DNA of 64,000 nucleotides from an uncultured virus (IMG/VR IMGVR_UViG_3300033153_005459) (IMGVR_UViG_3300033153_005459); one strand, 5' to 3'. Shown: positions 1-7,470, counted from the first letter of the stretch. Made by a program: numbers and translations. The notes: generated from the letters alone by a model not told the origin.

Positions 1-67
1 CTTTGTGACGTTTGAGAGTTTGTTGCTGTGACTGGGTTGTTGTCTTCTGTCGGATTGTCATGAAAGC

Positions 68-96
68 TTGACAGTGGGGGTGGTGTGTGGTATGGT
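68..96 (+). promoter_or_regulatory. sigma70/sigmaA-type promoter heading the small-ORF array; probably leaderless
   Basis: TTGACA (68-73), 17 nt spacer, TGn-extended TATGGT (91-96); ATG at 103 follows after 6 nt. Confidence 0.75.
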
Positions 97-102
97 TGGG
101 TC

Positions 103-132
103 ATGACTGACCAGTTTGGAGAGTTCGCATGA
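103..132 (+). CDS. 9-aa leader micro-ORF MTDQFGEFA
   Basis: Starts at the predicted TSS; ends GGAGAGTTCGCATGA, overlapping the next ATG at 129. Confidence 0.4.
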   Translation: MTDQFGEFA

Positions 133-290
133 GCAGTGTTGGTGATTGGCGGCAGCAGCAGTATGGGTTTAGTTGGGATACCGATGAATTCAGGTTGTAT
201 GTTGATTCTCGACATCAGGTGTGGAAGGTGGCAAATTTCGATGTTGGTGATGTGCGTCAAGTTGTGATGCCTTGGTGGGAGTGGGCATGA
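129..290 (+). CDS. NWE-tail array protein (ends WWEWA)
   Basis: Hand translation MSSVGDWRQQQYGFSW...MPWWEWA, 53 aa, below ORF-track cutoff. Confidence 0.75.
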   Translation: MSSVGDWRQQQYGFSWDTDEFRLYVDSRHQVWKVANFDVGDVRQVVMPWWEWA

Positions 291-315
291 AGGTTGGCGA
301 GACCAGAAGGGTGGA

Positions 316-501
316 GTGCTCACATGGTGGGATTTCCATGACGATTTCGAATGCACGTTGTCTGTTCTTGTTGACCCTGACCGTTGTCTTTCGTTCTACA
401 GCATGGACACTTTGGCGCTCGGGTCGTCTTGGTTCATAGTCGTTCCAGCCTTGACCCAAGAGCGTGTACAGTATGGGTTTTCGAATTGGGAGTGGGCATG
501 A
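316..501 (+). CDS. NWE-tail array protein (NWEWA); start uncertain
   Basis: ORF track; the junction ATG at 287 is in a different frame. Confidence 0.65.
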   Translation: MLTWWDFHDDFECTLSVLVDPDRCLSFYSMDTLALGSSWFIVVPALTQERVQYGFSNWEWA

Positions 502-695
502 GCGGCTCAGTGCAGATTCGTAACGAGTGGACGACTACCGATTTGTTGTCTGCACCGGCTGGGGCTATCCAATGGATCGAAGAGTGGGATGATGCTGGCC
601 CGTTCAGAGTGGTATTCAGTTGGCGGTATCGGCTCGGTTGGATAGCGTCGTTTCATGGTGAGTTGTGGAACTGTAACAATTGGGAGTGGGCATGA
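498..695 (+). CDS. NWE-tail array protein (NWEWA)
   Basis: ATGA overlap; MSGSVQIRNEW...CNNWEWA. Confidence 0.8.
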   Translation: MSGSVQIRNEWTTTDLLSAPAGAIQWIEEWDDAGPFRVVFSWRYRLGWIASFHGELWNCNNWEWA

Positions 696-855
696 AACAG
701 ATTCGTAGCGTGTGGACGATTCACACCCAACCCCACAGTTACCCCGGTCAGTTTTCGGCTATCTGGTTCGAAGAGTGGGATGATGCTGGCCCGTCGGTTG
801 GGTAGTTATGTGTCGTGGGCTGATATGGGATTGTCCGAACTGGGAGTGGGCATGA
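692..855 (+). pseudogene. Frameshifted paralog of 498-695
   Basis: Shares QIR..WT and EEWDDAGP; about 31 nt missing relative to 498-695, which puts GW...NWEWA out of frame. Confidence 0.7.
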
Positions 856-1067
856 GCGTCGAGTTGGTTTACTTGGAGTGGCGAAGTACGCTGATGTGGG
901 AAGAGCAGAGCAAGAGGAAGTATCATTCGCTGGTTTTGTATATGGAGAATTACCGCCGTGAGGCTTGGCATCTACCAAAGTTCGATGAGGGTGCCGATGA
1001 ATGGTGGGTGGGCAATGGCAAGAAGTCTGCCGTCTTGATGTCTTGTATGAATTGGGAGGCGACATAA
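852..1067 (+). CDS. NWE-tail array protein (NWEAT)
   Basis: ATGA overlap at 852. Confidence 0.8.
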   Translation: MSVELVYLEWRSTLMWEEQSKRKYHSLVLYMENYRREAWHLPKFDEGADEWWVGNGKKSAVLMSCMNWEAT

Positions 1068-1516
1068 TGGCTCTTGTAGAAATTAAGGTATCTGGCATCG
1101 TTCCAGGGTCCCAGGTTTACATAGCTGAGATGCCTCTTCAGCAGCAGCTTATCAACACGCAAGCAGCGGGTTCTTCTGTTTCTGTGTGGCATCAAATCGT
1201 TGCAGATGTTGAAGTGATTATCAGAGTGCGTAAAGCCGCTAGTTCTCCTGAGATGATGCCTTTTGAAATGTATGGTACTGTCTCTGCGAAGCACGGGCTT
1301 GATGCCACGGTTTGTCAGGTCCATGATGAAATGTTCGGTGGTGACATGATTACCTTGAAAGCAGCACATCCATCCAACTCTTACTTCTACGGATTCATGA
1401 CGCAAACGGTTGACGGGAAGAAGTACGAGATAGGGTTTCATAAGGACGGTGGGACGGTCATCGGTGGTGAAGGTAATTTCTGTGATAGAGGACCAATAAG
1501 TTGGGAGTGGACGTGA
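1067..1516 (+). CDS. Long array member (SWEWT) with a virion-protein-like N-terminal domain
   Basis: TAATG overlap; ADVEVIIRVRK...PF...GL resembles the C-terminus of 47519-49231. Confidence 0.75.
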   Translation: MALVEIKVSGIVPGSQVYIAEMPLQQQLINTQAAGSSVSVWHQIVADVEVIIRVRKAASSPEMMPFEMYGTVSAKHGLDATVCQVHDEMFGGDMITLKAAHPSNSYFYGFMTQTVDGKKYEIGFHKDGGTVIGGEGNFCDRGPISWEWT

Positions 1517-1539
1517 CCATATGGTGGGAGTGGGCATGA
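1513..1539 (+). CDS. 8-aa micro-ORF MTIWWEWA (almost tail only)
   Basis: GTGA overlap at start, GCATGA junction at end. Confidence 0.5.
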   Translation: MTIWWEWA

Positions 1540-1766
1540 ACGTCACCACGGTGCAACCTCCGAGCACGACGATCACAATTGAATACGTTATGGGGCATAT
1601 CGTTGTCTGCGAAACCGACGATGCGGGCAGCGAGTTTTACCTTTGGTTGATTGATTGGGATGACTATGATGTTTCGGTCATGATTGGCGACGGGGAGCAT
1701 TTGCAATGGCTTGTGCCGCATATGTCAACCGAGTTGCGGTTCTGGAATTGGGAAGCGACGTATTAG
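1536..1766 (+). CDS. NWE-tail array protein (NWEATY)
   Basis: ATGA overlap; tail motif. Confidence 0.8.
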   Translation: MNVTTVQPPSTTITIEYVMGHIVVCETDDAGSEFYLWLIDWDDYDVSVMIGDGEHLQWLVPHMSTELRFWNWEATY

Positions 1767-1767
1767 C

Positions 1768-1944
1768 ATGGATGGAATCGAGTTCATAGTTTCAGGAACG
1801 TTGTGTGAGTGGACCGAATCTGTCCTCTTTGGTGCTTCGATTCGCGAGTGGTATGTGTGGCAGCATGTTGATGAAACGTTGAGGGTAGCTAAACGTGGGG
1901 GGAGTCCACCCATTGATCTTCCCGCAAACTGGTGGACGTCATGA
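1768..1944 (+). CDS. NWE-tail array protein (NWWTS)
   Basis: ATG 1 nt after previous stop; tail variant. Confidence 0.75.
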   Translation: MDGIEFIVSGTLCEWTESVLFGASIREWYVWQHVDETLRVAKRGGSPPIDLPANWWTS

Positions 1945-2168
1945 CCGAGGTGATAGGTGTGGGGTGGATAGCGTATGAGGACATAGGTACACTCATCTAT
2001 CGAGAGTTCTGGCATCAGAAGAAGGTGTGGATCACGATTCGTGATACAAGCTGGGATATGTGCGGCCCGATTGGTCCTACCATTGGTGAACGTAAGCTAA
2101 ACTCTCAACCGATACAGGGGTATCCTCATATGAGGATGCTAGGCTTTCCGAACTGGGAGTGGGCATGA
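1941..2168 (+). CDS. NWE-tail array protein (NWEWA)
   Basis: ATGA overlap; tail motif. Confidence 0.8.
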   Translation: MTEVIGVGWIAYEDIGTLIYREFWHQKKVWITIRDTSWDMCGPIGPTIGERKLNSQPIQGYPHMRMLGFPNWEWA

Positions 2169-2368
2169 ACGGCGTCACCTATGAAGTGAATCAGAAGATT
2201 GATGAAGGATGGGGCTTTGATGAGCACCAATGCGTATTGACAGAAAGCAGTGAAATCGCTTGGTGGCATTTGGTGAAGCCTTGGGGCTGCTGTGGGGTTG
2301 TTGTTGCGAGGGCTGGCGCTTCGGGGCCGTTTGGCTGGCCGGTATTTAAGAATTGGGAAATAGCATGA
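2165..2368 (+). CDS. NWE-tail array protein (NWEIA)
   Basis: ATGA overlap; tail motif. Confidence 0.8.
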   Translation: MNGVTYEVNQKIDEGWGFDEHQCVLTESSEIAWWHLVKPWGCCGVVVARAGASGPFGWPVFKNWEIA

Positions 2369-2526
2369 TCGGGAATTGGATCGCTGGGCTTGACGAATAC
2401 GCTTTGTCGGAATCCGGGGAGCAATACTGGTATCATCTGGTTCGTCCAGTTAGGAGATGCGGCGTTTATGTAGTTGTGAACGTTGAACCTCCTGAGGTTG
2501 GGTTTCTGAATTGGGAGTTGGGATGA
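2365..2526 (+). CDS. NWE-tail array protein (NWELG), paralog of 2165-2368
   Basis: Hand translation; LSESGEQYWYHLVRP..CGV versus LTESSEIAWWHLVKP..CGV. Confidence 0.75.
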   Translation: MIGNWIAGLDEYALSESGEQYWYHLVRPVRRCGVYVVVNVEPPEVGFLNWELG

Positions 2527-2690
2527 GCGTCGAATACAGACATCCTGAGCATCGTGGTGTGGTAGCTTGTTTCGTTGAGGACGAAGACTACTATGTGACT
2601 TTGCCGCCGTGGGGTGGCTGGCAACTCTGGGGACCCGGTGGTTTCGATTACTCCAACATGTGGAAGAACTGGGAGTTTGGATACGCATGA
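2523..2690 (+). CDS. NWE-tail array protein (NWEFGYA)
   Basis: Hand translation MSVEYRHPEH...WQLWGPGG...KNWEFGYA. Confidence 0.75.
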   Translation: MSVEYRHPEHRGVVACFVEDEDYYVTLPPWGGWQLWGPGGFDYSNMWKNWEFGYA

Positions 2691-2950
2691 GTCTGCAAAT
2701 CACAACGAAACGCAAGCGACCCAAGATTGGTATATGGGAGAAACTAGAGATCGGGATTATACGTTGGCGCACCGGTTTGGTCATGATTCACATCTATGAC
2801 GACGACTATACTGGAGCACCTGTTGCGACCAAATACAGGGGTACAACTATCTCTGAAAGAGATCCACATTGGGTTGTGAGCAACCTAAACACGGCTATTC
2901 CTCTGGGTGAATCGAACCAGCGAGGCCCCGAGAATTGGGAGTGGGCATGA
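2687..2950 (+). CDS. NWE-tail array protein (NWEWA)
   Basis: ATGA overlap; tail motif. Confidence 0.8.
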   Translation: MSLQITTKRKRPKIGIWEKLEIGIIRWRTGLVMIHIYDDDYTGAPVATKYRGTTISERDPHWVVSNLNTAIPLGESNQRGPENWEWA

Positions 2951-3192
2951 AACCTAATCCTAGACAGTCTGCCCATCCGAACGTTTGGACAACGGCTTTC
3001 GAATATTCGGCAAGTACATATGTGCCTGCCAAATGGCAGTACGGCCAGTTTGTGATGCTGCTGTTTGATACGTTGGACACATATGTGATTCAGGATGGTT
3101 CTTCTGAGGTATTTCAATCCAGATGGAAAGTGATAAAGGAAGGCGCTTCGTGGAATGAAGCTGTTCACGTTTCGAACTGGGAATGGGCATGA
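2947..3192 (+). CDS. NWE-tail array protein (NWEWA)
   Basis: ATGA overlap; tail motif. Confidence 0.8.
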   Translation: MKPNPRQSAHPNVWTTAFEYSASTYVPAKWQYGQFVMLLFDTLDTYVIQDGSSEVFQSRWKVIKEGASWNEAVHVSNWEWA

Positions 3193-3398
3193 CCAAAATG
3201 AGCGACATAAACAACCCGTGGAAACGTGTTTGGGTCGTCAACCCCAACCAAGTTACGCTTTTGACTTGGCAAGAGCTTGACGGTGTGCTAAAGTTGTATT
3301 GGACTGGTGAATGGCAAATCTTCGGACCTGTTCCAACTAACGGCAGTTCGCTGCGTCCGGTGATGAAACCGCCATCCAATTGGGAGATCGCAACATGA
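3189..3398 (+). CDS. NWE-tail array protein (NWEIAT)
   Basis: ATGA overlap; tail motif. Confidence 0.8.
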   Translation: MTKMSDINNPWKRVWVVNPNQVTLLTWQELDGVLKLYWTGEWQIFGPVPTNGSSLRPVMKPPSNWEIAT

Positions 3399-3423
3399 GA
3401 ACGCAGAAGGTTAGACTCTGCCA

Positions 3424-3457
3424 GGGACCGCCAGAACGACAAATGTCTGGCGGTCCC
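3424..3457. repeat. Perfect 12-bp inverted repeat inside the array
   Basis: GGGACCGCCAGA-N10-TCTGGCGGTCCC; no U-tract. Confidence 0.8.
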
Positions 3458-3458
3458 G

Positions 3459-3653
3459 ATGTCTAAGAAACGTATGGACATGCCTGTCCGATTTACCGTT
3501 TTTGATAGGCAGGCTATTGGTTGGGTTCAGGAAGAACTGAAAACGATTGGGCCTTGGGGTGTTATGTACTACATGCGCAACCACGAAACACGAGTGCATG
3601 AGGTGGGCCATAGTGGTTGGCGTATCGCTCGCAACTGGGAAGTCGCATCATGA
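3459..3653 (+). CDS. NWE-tail array protein (NWEVAS)
   Basis: ORF track; tail motif. Confidence 0.75.
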   Translation: MSKKRMDMPVRFTVFDRQAIGWVQEELKTIGPWGVMYYMRNHETRVHEVGHSGWRIARNWEVAS

Positions 3654-3781
3654 CCGGTGCAGAGACTAGCAGAGCCAAGGCTCACGAATTGTTGAATTTG
3701 AGCACTGGCTGGTACGTGTACGATTGCGTCTTCGATGAAAACGGCCAGGTGTGGTACAAGACAGCGAGAAAGGATAACTAA
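3650..3781 (+). CDS. Small hypothetical protein within the array, lacking the tail
   Basis: ATGA overlap; MTGAETSRAKAHELLNL...ARKDN, 43 aa. Confidence 0.5.
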   Translation: MTGAETSRAKAHELLNLSTGWYVYDCVFDENGQVWYKTARKDN

Positions 3782-3783
3782 TC

Positions 3784-4020
3784 ATGACTGCATGGAAAGG
3801 GCACCGAACGTTGTATTGGGAGGACGGCTCTATCACGGGAATGCCTGGTCCAGTTTTTGTGGAAGCAGACGTTGAAGGCGAAGTGCAAGACGATGTGCTC
3901 ATAGAACTACACGAGACCAACGAAGCGTGGATTGTGACTCTGCCGGACTTGGTACCTTGGCTCATTACCCGTCTGGGTGATCACACGGTCAACGGGTTCT
4001 CTTGGTGGGAGTGGGCATGA
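3784..4020 (+). CDS. NWE-tail array protein (WWEWA)
   Basis: GAAAGGA RBS; tail motif. Confidence 0.8.
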   Translation: MTAWKGHRTLYWEDGSITGMPGPVFVEADVEGEVQDDVLIELHETNEAWIVTLPDLVPWLITRLGDHTVNGFSWWEWA

Positions 4021-4250
4021 GCGTAGGGAAAATGTCATTCATCTCGGAGATGCCTGACCGATGGTCTATCATGTCTGGCAAAACCGATCATTTTGTTTGG
4101 GACAAGGAAAGGTTCCGGCTGGTTATCACACCGGAATATCCGGTCATGACCATCTCTGATCACAGAGACAGAAAGGCTGGCGATGTGCTCGATTACGATT
4201 CGTTCATTGTGAAGAACTGGGAATGGGCATGTCGCATATGTGGGAAGTGA
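4017..4250 (+). CDS. Array protein with extended tail (NWEWA-CRICGK)
   Basis: Junction reads GCATGT instead of GCATGA. Confidence 0.75.
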   Translation: MSVGKMSFISEMPDRWSIMSGKTDHFVWDKERFRLVITPEYPVMTISDHRDRKAGDVLDYDSFIVKNWEWACRICGK

Positions 4251-4411
4251 ATCTTTTTGGAACCGCTTTGAGGTGGACTGAACCTGATCTCAGCGCTTCG
4301 GTTCTGGTCGGACACGATTGGTGGCAAATCTATGGACCCGTGTCGACACGTTCGGACATATTCCAACCACCTTATCCCGGTTTCACAAATTGGGAGTGGA
4401 TCTGTCGATAG
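4229..4411 (+). CDS. NWE-tail array protein (NWEWICR)
   Basis: Starts at the junction ATG; contains WQIYGP. Confidence 0.75.
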   Translation: MSHMWEVNLFGTALRWTEPDLSASVLVGHDWWQIYGPVSTRSDIFQPPYPGFTNWEWICR

Positions 4412-4418
4412 AGAAGGT

Positions 4419-4712
4419 GTGACCCATGATCCTGTTCCGAGAATCATTCAAGCATACAGAGGCGGCGCTGCTCTAGTTTCTTACTGTCCAGTTGGCGGGG
4501 GTCACAATCTCGTTGTTGACAAGATCACTGAAGACGGAGTAGACTGGTGTGTAGCAGCGTGTCTTGAATGCACGTATTATGAGAAGGGTAGATCGTTCGC
4601 TGAAGTTCTGATTGGTGCTGCGGCGAAGATCCTGAAGAATTGGGAATTTGGATGGCCGGAAGATGGGGAATTTCTAGAACCAGTTGGACGGGTGGACACG
4701 GCACGTATCTAG
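4419..4712 (+). CDS. Array protein, Cys-containing, with extended tail (NWEFG-W...)
   Basis: GTG start (uncertain); junction reads GGATGG. Confidence 0.65.
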   Translation: MTHDPVPRIIQAYRGGAALVSYCPVGGGHNLVVDKITEDGVDWCVAACLECTYYEKGRSFAEVLIGAAAKILKNWEFGWPEDGEFLEPVGRVDTARI

Positions 4713-4882
4713 TCTGGCAGGATACTGAGCCGTCGTGTAGCTTGACTCTCACGTGTGTGTCTGCTAATCTACATAAGGAGTATCCCGGCTATTTCGAAAT
4801 GTTGGATATGGACGAAGACGCTACTAGCCTAGTCATATGGGGCCGTGAGGCTGGCCATCGTAACTGGGAGTTTTGCTGGTGA
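4652..4882 (+). CDS. NWE-tail array protein (NWEFCW)
   Basis: Starts at the junction ATG 4652. Confidence 0.75.
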   Translation: MAGRWGISRTSWTGGHGTYLVWQDTEPSCSLTLTCVSANLHKEYPGYFEMLDMDEDATSLVIWGREAGHRNWEFCW

Positions 4883-5091
4883 CCGTTCTGCAAGTCGAGA
4901 TGGAAGGGTTCTTTTGCAGGTTCTCTGAGGCTGACGTTCAGGACGGGAAACCGATCGGTTGGTGCTTGAGGGCACGTCGTGGAATCAAACCAATGGGCGG
5001 CTTGACGCAGGCTTGGGGCAACACGATCGAGCGATTCACGCCAGACGACGACAATTGGTCGCCGGTGCCAAACGGATGGGAACCAACGTGA
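4879..5091 (+). CDS. NWE-tail array protein (GWEPT)
   Basis: GTGA overlap. Confidence 0.75.
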   Translation: MTVLQVEMEGFFCRFSEADVQDGKPIGWCLRARRGIKPMGGLTQAWGNTIERFTPDDDNWSPVPNGWEPT

Positions 5092-5273
5092 AACGGAAAC
5101 GCACGAAACGACTTCAAAAGATACATGAGTCACAGCCGTTGACGATGTGGCGTGACGACACAGCCGCTCTATGTATGATTTATGGCTATGAGGACCTGTC
5201 CGGTTCGACAGTAATCGTTCACAACAACTACGGAATGGTGTTTTGCATAGGCAACAACTGGGAGCCAGCATGA
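5088..5273 (+). CDS. NWE-tail array protein (NWEPA)
   Basis: GTGA overlap. Confidence 0.75.
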   Translation: MKRKRTKRLQKIHESQPLTMWRDDTAALCMIYGYEDLSGSTVIVHNNYGMVFCIGNNWEPA

Positions 5274-5482
5274 TTGAATTTGCTGCGAAGGCGAGATGGC
5301 AGCGTTGGCATGAAATCGAGGGCGATTGCTATATCGTGTCGTTCTGGGATGATCCCACACTCGATTATCTTCAAGGCGAAGTGCATAAGCGATATGTTCA
5401 TGGCACCTACGTCGCTCAAGGACTTTCGGTAATAAAACCACCAGCCGATCTCGTGTGGTTCATGAACTGGGAAGCGACATGA
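5270..5482 (+). CDS. NWE-tail array protein (NWEAT)
   Basis: ATGA overlap. Confidence 0.8.
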   Translation: MIEFAAKARWQRWHEIEGDCYIVSFWDDPTLDYLQGEVHKRYVHGTYVAQGLSVIKPPADLVWFMNWEAT

Positions 5483-5709
5483 ATCCAGAATTTGAAAAGC
5501 TGTGCAACAACAATGCTATCACTTTCACCATCACGAAATCGCGTATCGTGTTTTGCGAATACTTTTTCCAAGGCGACTCCGGTTGGGGAGCAAACGAACC
5601 GAGACGTATTCGTTTGGATCTGTCGTTGGACGATAGCAACATCTGCGTGTACACCCGGTACATTTCGATTCCTCATTCGATGCCTGCTAATTGGGAAGGA
5701 GCGATATGA
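5479..5709 (+). CDS. NWE-tail array protein (NWEGAI)
   Basis: ATGA overlap. Confidence 0.8.
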   Translation: MNPEFEKLCNNNAITFTITKSRIVFCEYFFQGDSGWGANEPRRIRLDLSLDDSNICVYTRYISIPHSMPANWEGAI

Positions 5710-5942
5710 GCGTACAATTCGTTTATGCTCACTCTCTCACTCCCCATACACACCAACACATTCCGGGTGGTGTTCGTAGAAGAGGTGCTTATCATGGTTG
5801 GACTGACCGTGAAGGTTGGCATCTCTTCTACTACCCAGCAAGAAAGTCAGGGCCTCCGATGTTTTTTGATGGACCTGTATGGGAGTTCGCTTCGCCTGCA
5901 TTCGTTGAGTCGATTGAATTGTTGAATTGGGAAACAGCATGA
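5706..5942 (+). CDS. NWE-tail array protein (NWETA)
   Basis: ATGA overlap. Confidence 0.8.
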   Translation: MSVQFVYAHSLTPHTHQHIPGGVRRRGAYHGWTDREGWHLFYYPARKSGPPMFFDGPVWEFASPAFVESIELLNWETA

Positions 5943-6112
5943 ATTGGAGCTACAACTTCAACAACGGGCACATTTGGTGTAACGAGTTAGACTCTGAGGA
6001 ACGAGAATTCGAATTGGAGCACAACTTCAACACGGGCAGAACCACAACCTTTCAATGGCCAGACAAATCCAATGGGGTCATCTACCTCGCCAACAACTGG
6101 TCGCCGACATGA
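5939..6112 (+). CDS. NWE-tail array protein (NWSPT)
   Basis: ATGA overlap; tail variant. Confidence 0.75.
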   Translation: MNWSYNFNNGHIWCNELDSEEREFELEHNFNTGRTTTFQWPDKSNGVIYLANNWSPT

Positions 6113-6315
6113 TCAAATACGTCAACTCGATATATTCAACCCAATGGTTAGAATCACCGCCACGTTACACCAGTCGAGAACGCGAGTGGAAACTCATTCA
6201 AGAATACAGGGTTTACTCAATGAAACATCTTCGCCACCACAATCATCTCTTTGTCTATTCCGATCACGACGGGTTTAGTTCTGACGTTCCACGCAACTGG
6301 GAGATCGCATCATGA
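6109..6315 (+). CDS. NWE-tail array protein (NWEIAS)
   Basis: ATGA overlap. Confidence 0.8.
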   Translation: MIKYVNSIYSTQWLESPPRYTSREREWKLIQEYRVYSMKHLRHHNHLFVYSDHDGFSSDVPRNWEIAS

Positions 6316-6479
6316 TCTCTTGGACCTACGGCATTGACCACATTCACATTACAGAACCGCAAGGCCGCGGCTTCTGGCTTTTCGACAAAGGCTTTTACCG
6401 CGGCGTGCCTCACATGCTCGATGATTCACCCGGCAACGAGTTGTATCTTTTTTTCAATAACTGGGAAACAGCACGATGA
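6312..6479 (+). CDS. NWE-tail array protein (NWETAR)
   Basis: Hand translation MISWTYGIDHIH...FFNNWETAR. Confidence 0.75.
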   Translation: MISWTYGIDHIHITEPQGRGFWLFDKGFYRGVPHMLDDSPGNELYLFFNNWETAR

Positions 6480-6652
6480 AGCAAAATCTTGGAGAAGACT
6501 GGTACCAGTGGTGCGAGGAAAACTACACTGTTCATTACATTTGGGGTCCTTGGAAGTACGTCGTCGGCAGGCTCTACGTCGTTGGACCACCAGGACCACC
6601 AAGACCAAATGCTGGTGGTCGCGACCTACCCTGTAATTGGGAAGCAGCATGA
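6476..6652 (+). CDS. NWE-tail array protein (NWEAA)
   Basis: Hand translation MKQNLGEDWYQW...LPCNWEAA. Confidence 0.75.
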   Translation: MKQNLGEDWYQWCEENYTVHYIWGPWKYVVGRLYVVGPPGPPRPNAGGRDLPCNWEAA

Positions 6653-6852
6653 TCCAAGTAATCAGACACAGCGCAGTAACCGACACACACCATTGGACAG
6701 AGAACAACGACACCGGTCAAGTCTGGAAACTTTGGGCAGGCCCACGCTGGTTTTCCTGCGACGATGACGAACTGAAGGAGACCCGAGTAACAGTTCACGG
6801 CGAAGGTCACGGATGCAGAATCTATCTCCCTCTCACATGGGAAGTAACATGA
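6649..6852 (+). CDS. NWE-tail array protein (TWEVT)
   Basis: ATGA overlap. Confidence 0.75.
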   Translation: MIQVIRHSAVTDTHHWTENNDTGQVWKLWAGPRWFSCDDDELKETRVTVHGEGHGCRIYLPLTWEVT

Positions 6853-7070
6853 ATTCCTTTCTCACCAGCTTCCCTTGGTACGTGACTCTCCACGAAGAAA
6901 CAAAACTGGCATACGACACCGACCCAAGCTCACACAACTGGACTATCAGAATGATGAACCTTTATCCGCACGCCCTTTCTATCCGACACGTAGAGTACAC
7001 AACTTCACAACGAGACGGCAAGTCAGGATTCAGCGGCTTGCCTTGTAGCTGGGAAGCAGCGTACTTATGA
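6849..7070 (+). CDS. NWE-tail array protein (SWEAAYL)
   Basis: ATGA overlap. Confidence 0.75.
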   Translation: MNSFLTSFPWYVTLHEETKLAYDTDPSSHNWTIRMMNLYPHALSIRHVEYTTSQRDGKSGFSGLPCSWEAAYL

Positions 7071-7303
7071 TCGAATGCAAATCAGCAGACACATGGATGT
7101 CAGTATACGGAGAACCAGGCGACACGTACACCATCGTCTACCTCCATCAGCCCGAACTCTACGGCCTGTTCATGATAGCTCGGGGATGGCCCCCTCTACT
7201 CTGGCGACAACGCAACAGAAGACACACCAACGGCTACGTCCACACCCACACACCTCTAGGCAGATGGCACCTACCAACCGGATGGGAACCAGCAACAGCG
7301 TGA
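7067..7303 (+). CDS. NWE-tail array protein (GWEPATA)
   Basis: ATGA overlap. Confidence 0.75.
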   Translation: MIECKSADTWMSVYGEPGDTYTIVYLHQPELYGLFMIARGWPPLLWRQRNRRHTNGYVHTHTPLGRWHLPTGWEPATA

Positions 7304-7470
7304 CTTGCAAACTCGACTACAACCGCAAAGTCCACAGCCTCTTCTTCCTTGACATCGAAGACAATATCACGTATGCTCTAGAATACCGTTTCAGATACAC
7401 TACACGTTGGATCATCCGGGGACGCTACGGATCAGTGATGGCCCACGTAAAGAACTGGGAACTCGCATGA
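7300..7470 (+). CDS. NWE-tail array protein (NWELA)
   Basis: GTGA overlap. Confidence 0.75.
   Translation: MTCKLDYNRKVHSLFFLDIEDNITYALEYRFRYTTRWIIRGRYGSVMAHVKNWELA

Noticed and set aside
384..497. Upstream extensions in the ORF track (e.g. MGVGM, MGM starts)
   Set aside because: These are alternative-frame readings of the junction motif; the more likely starts are the overlapping ATG/GTG codons.
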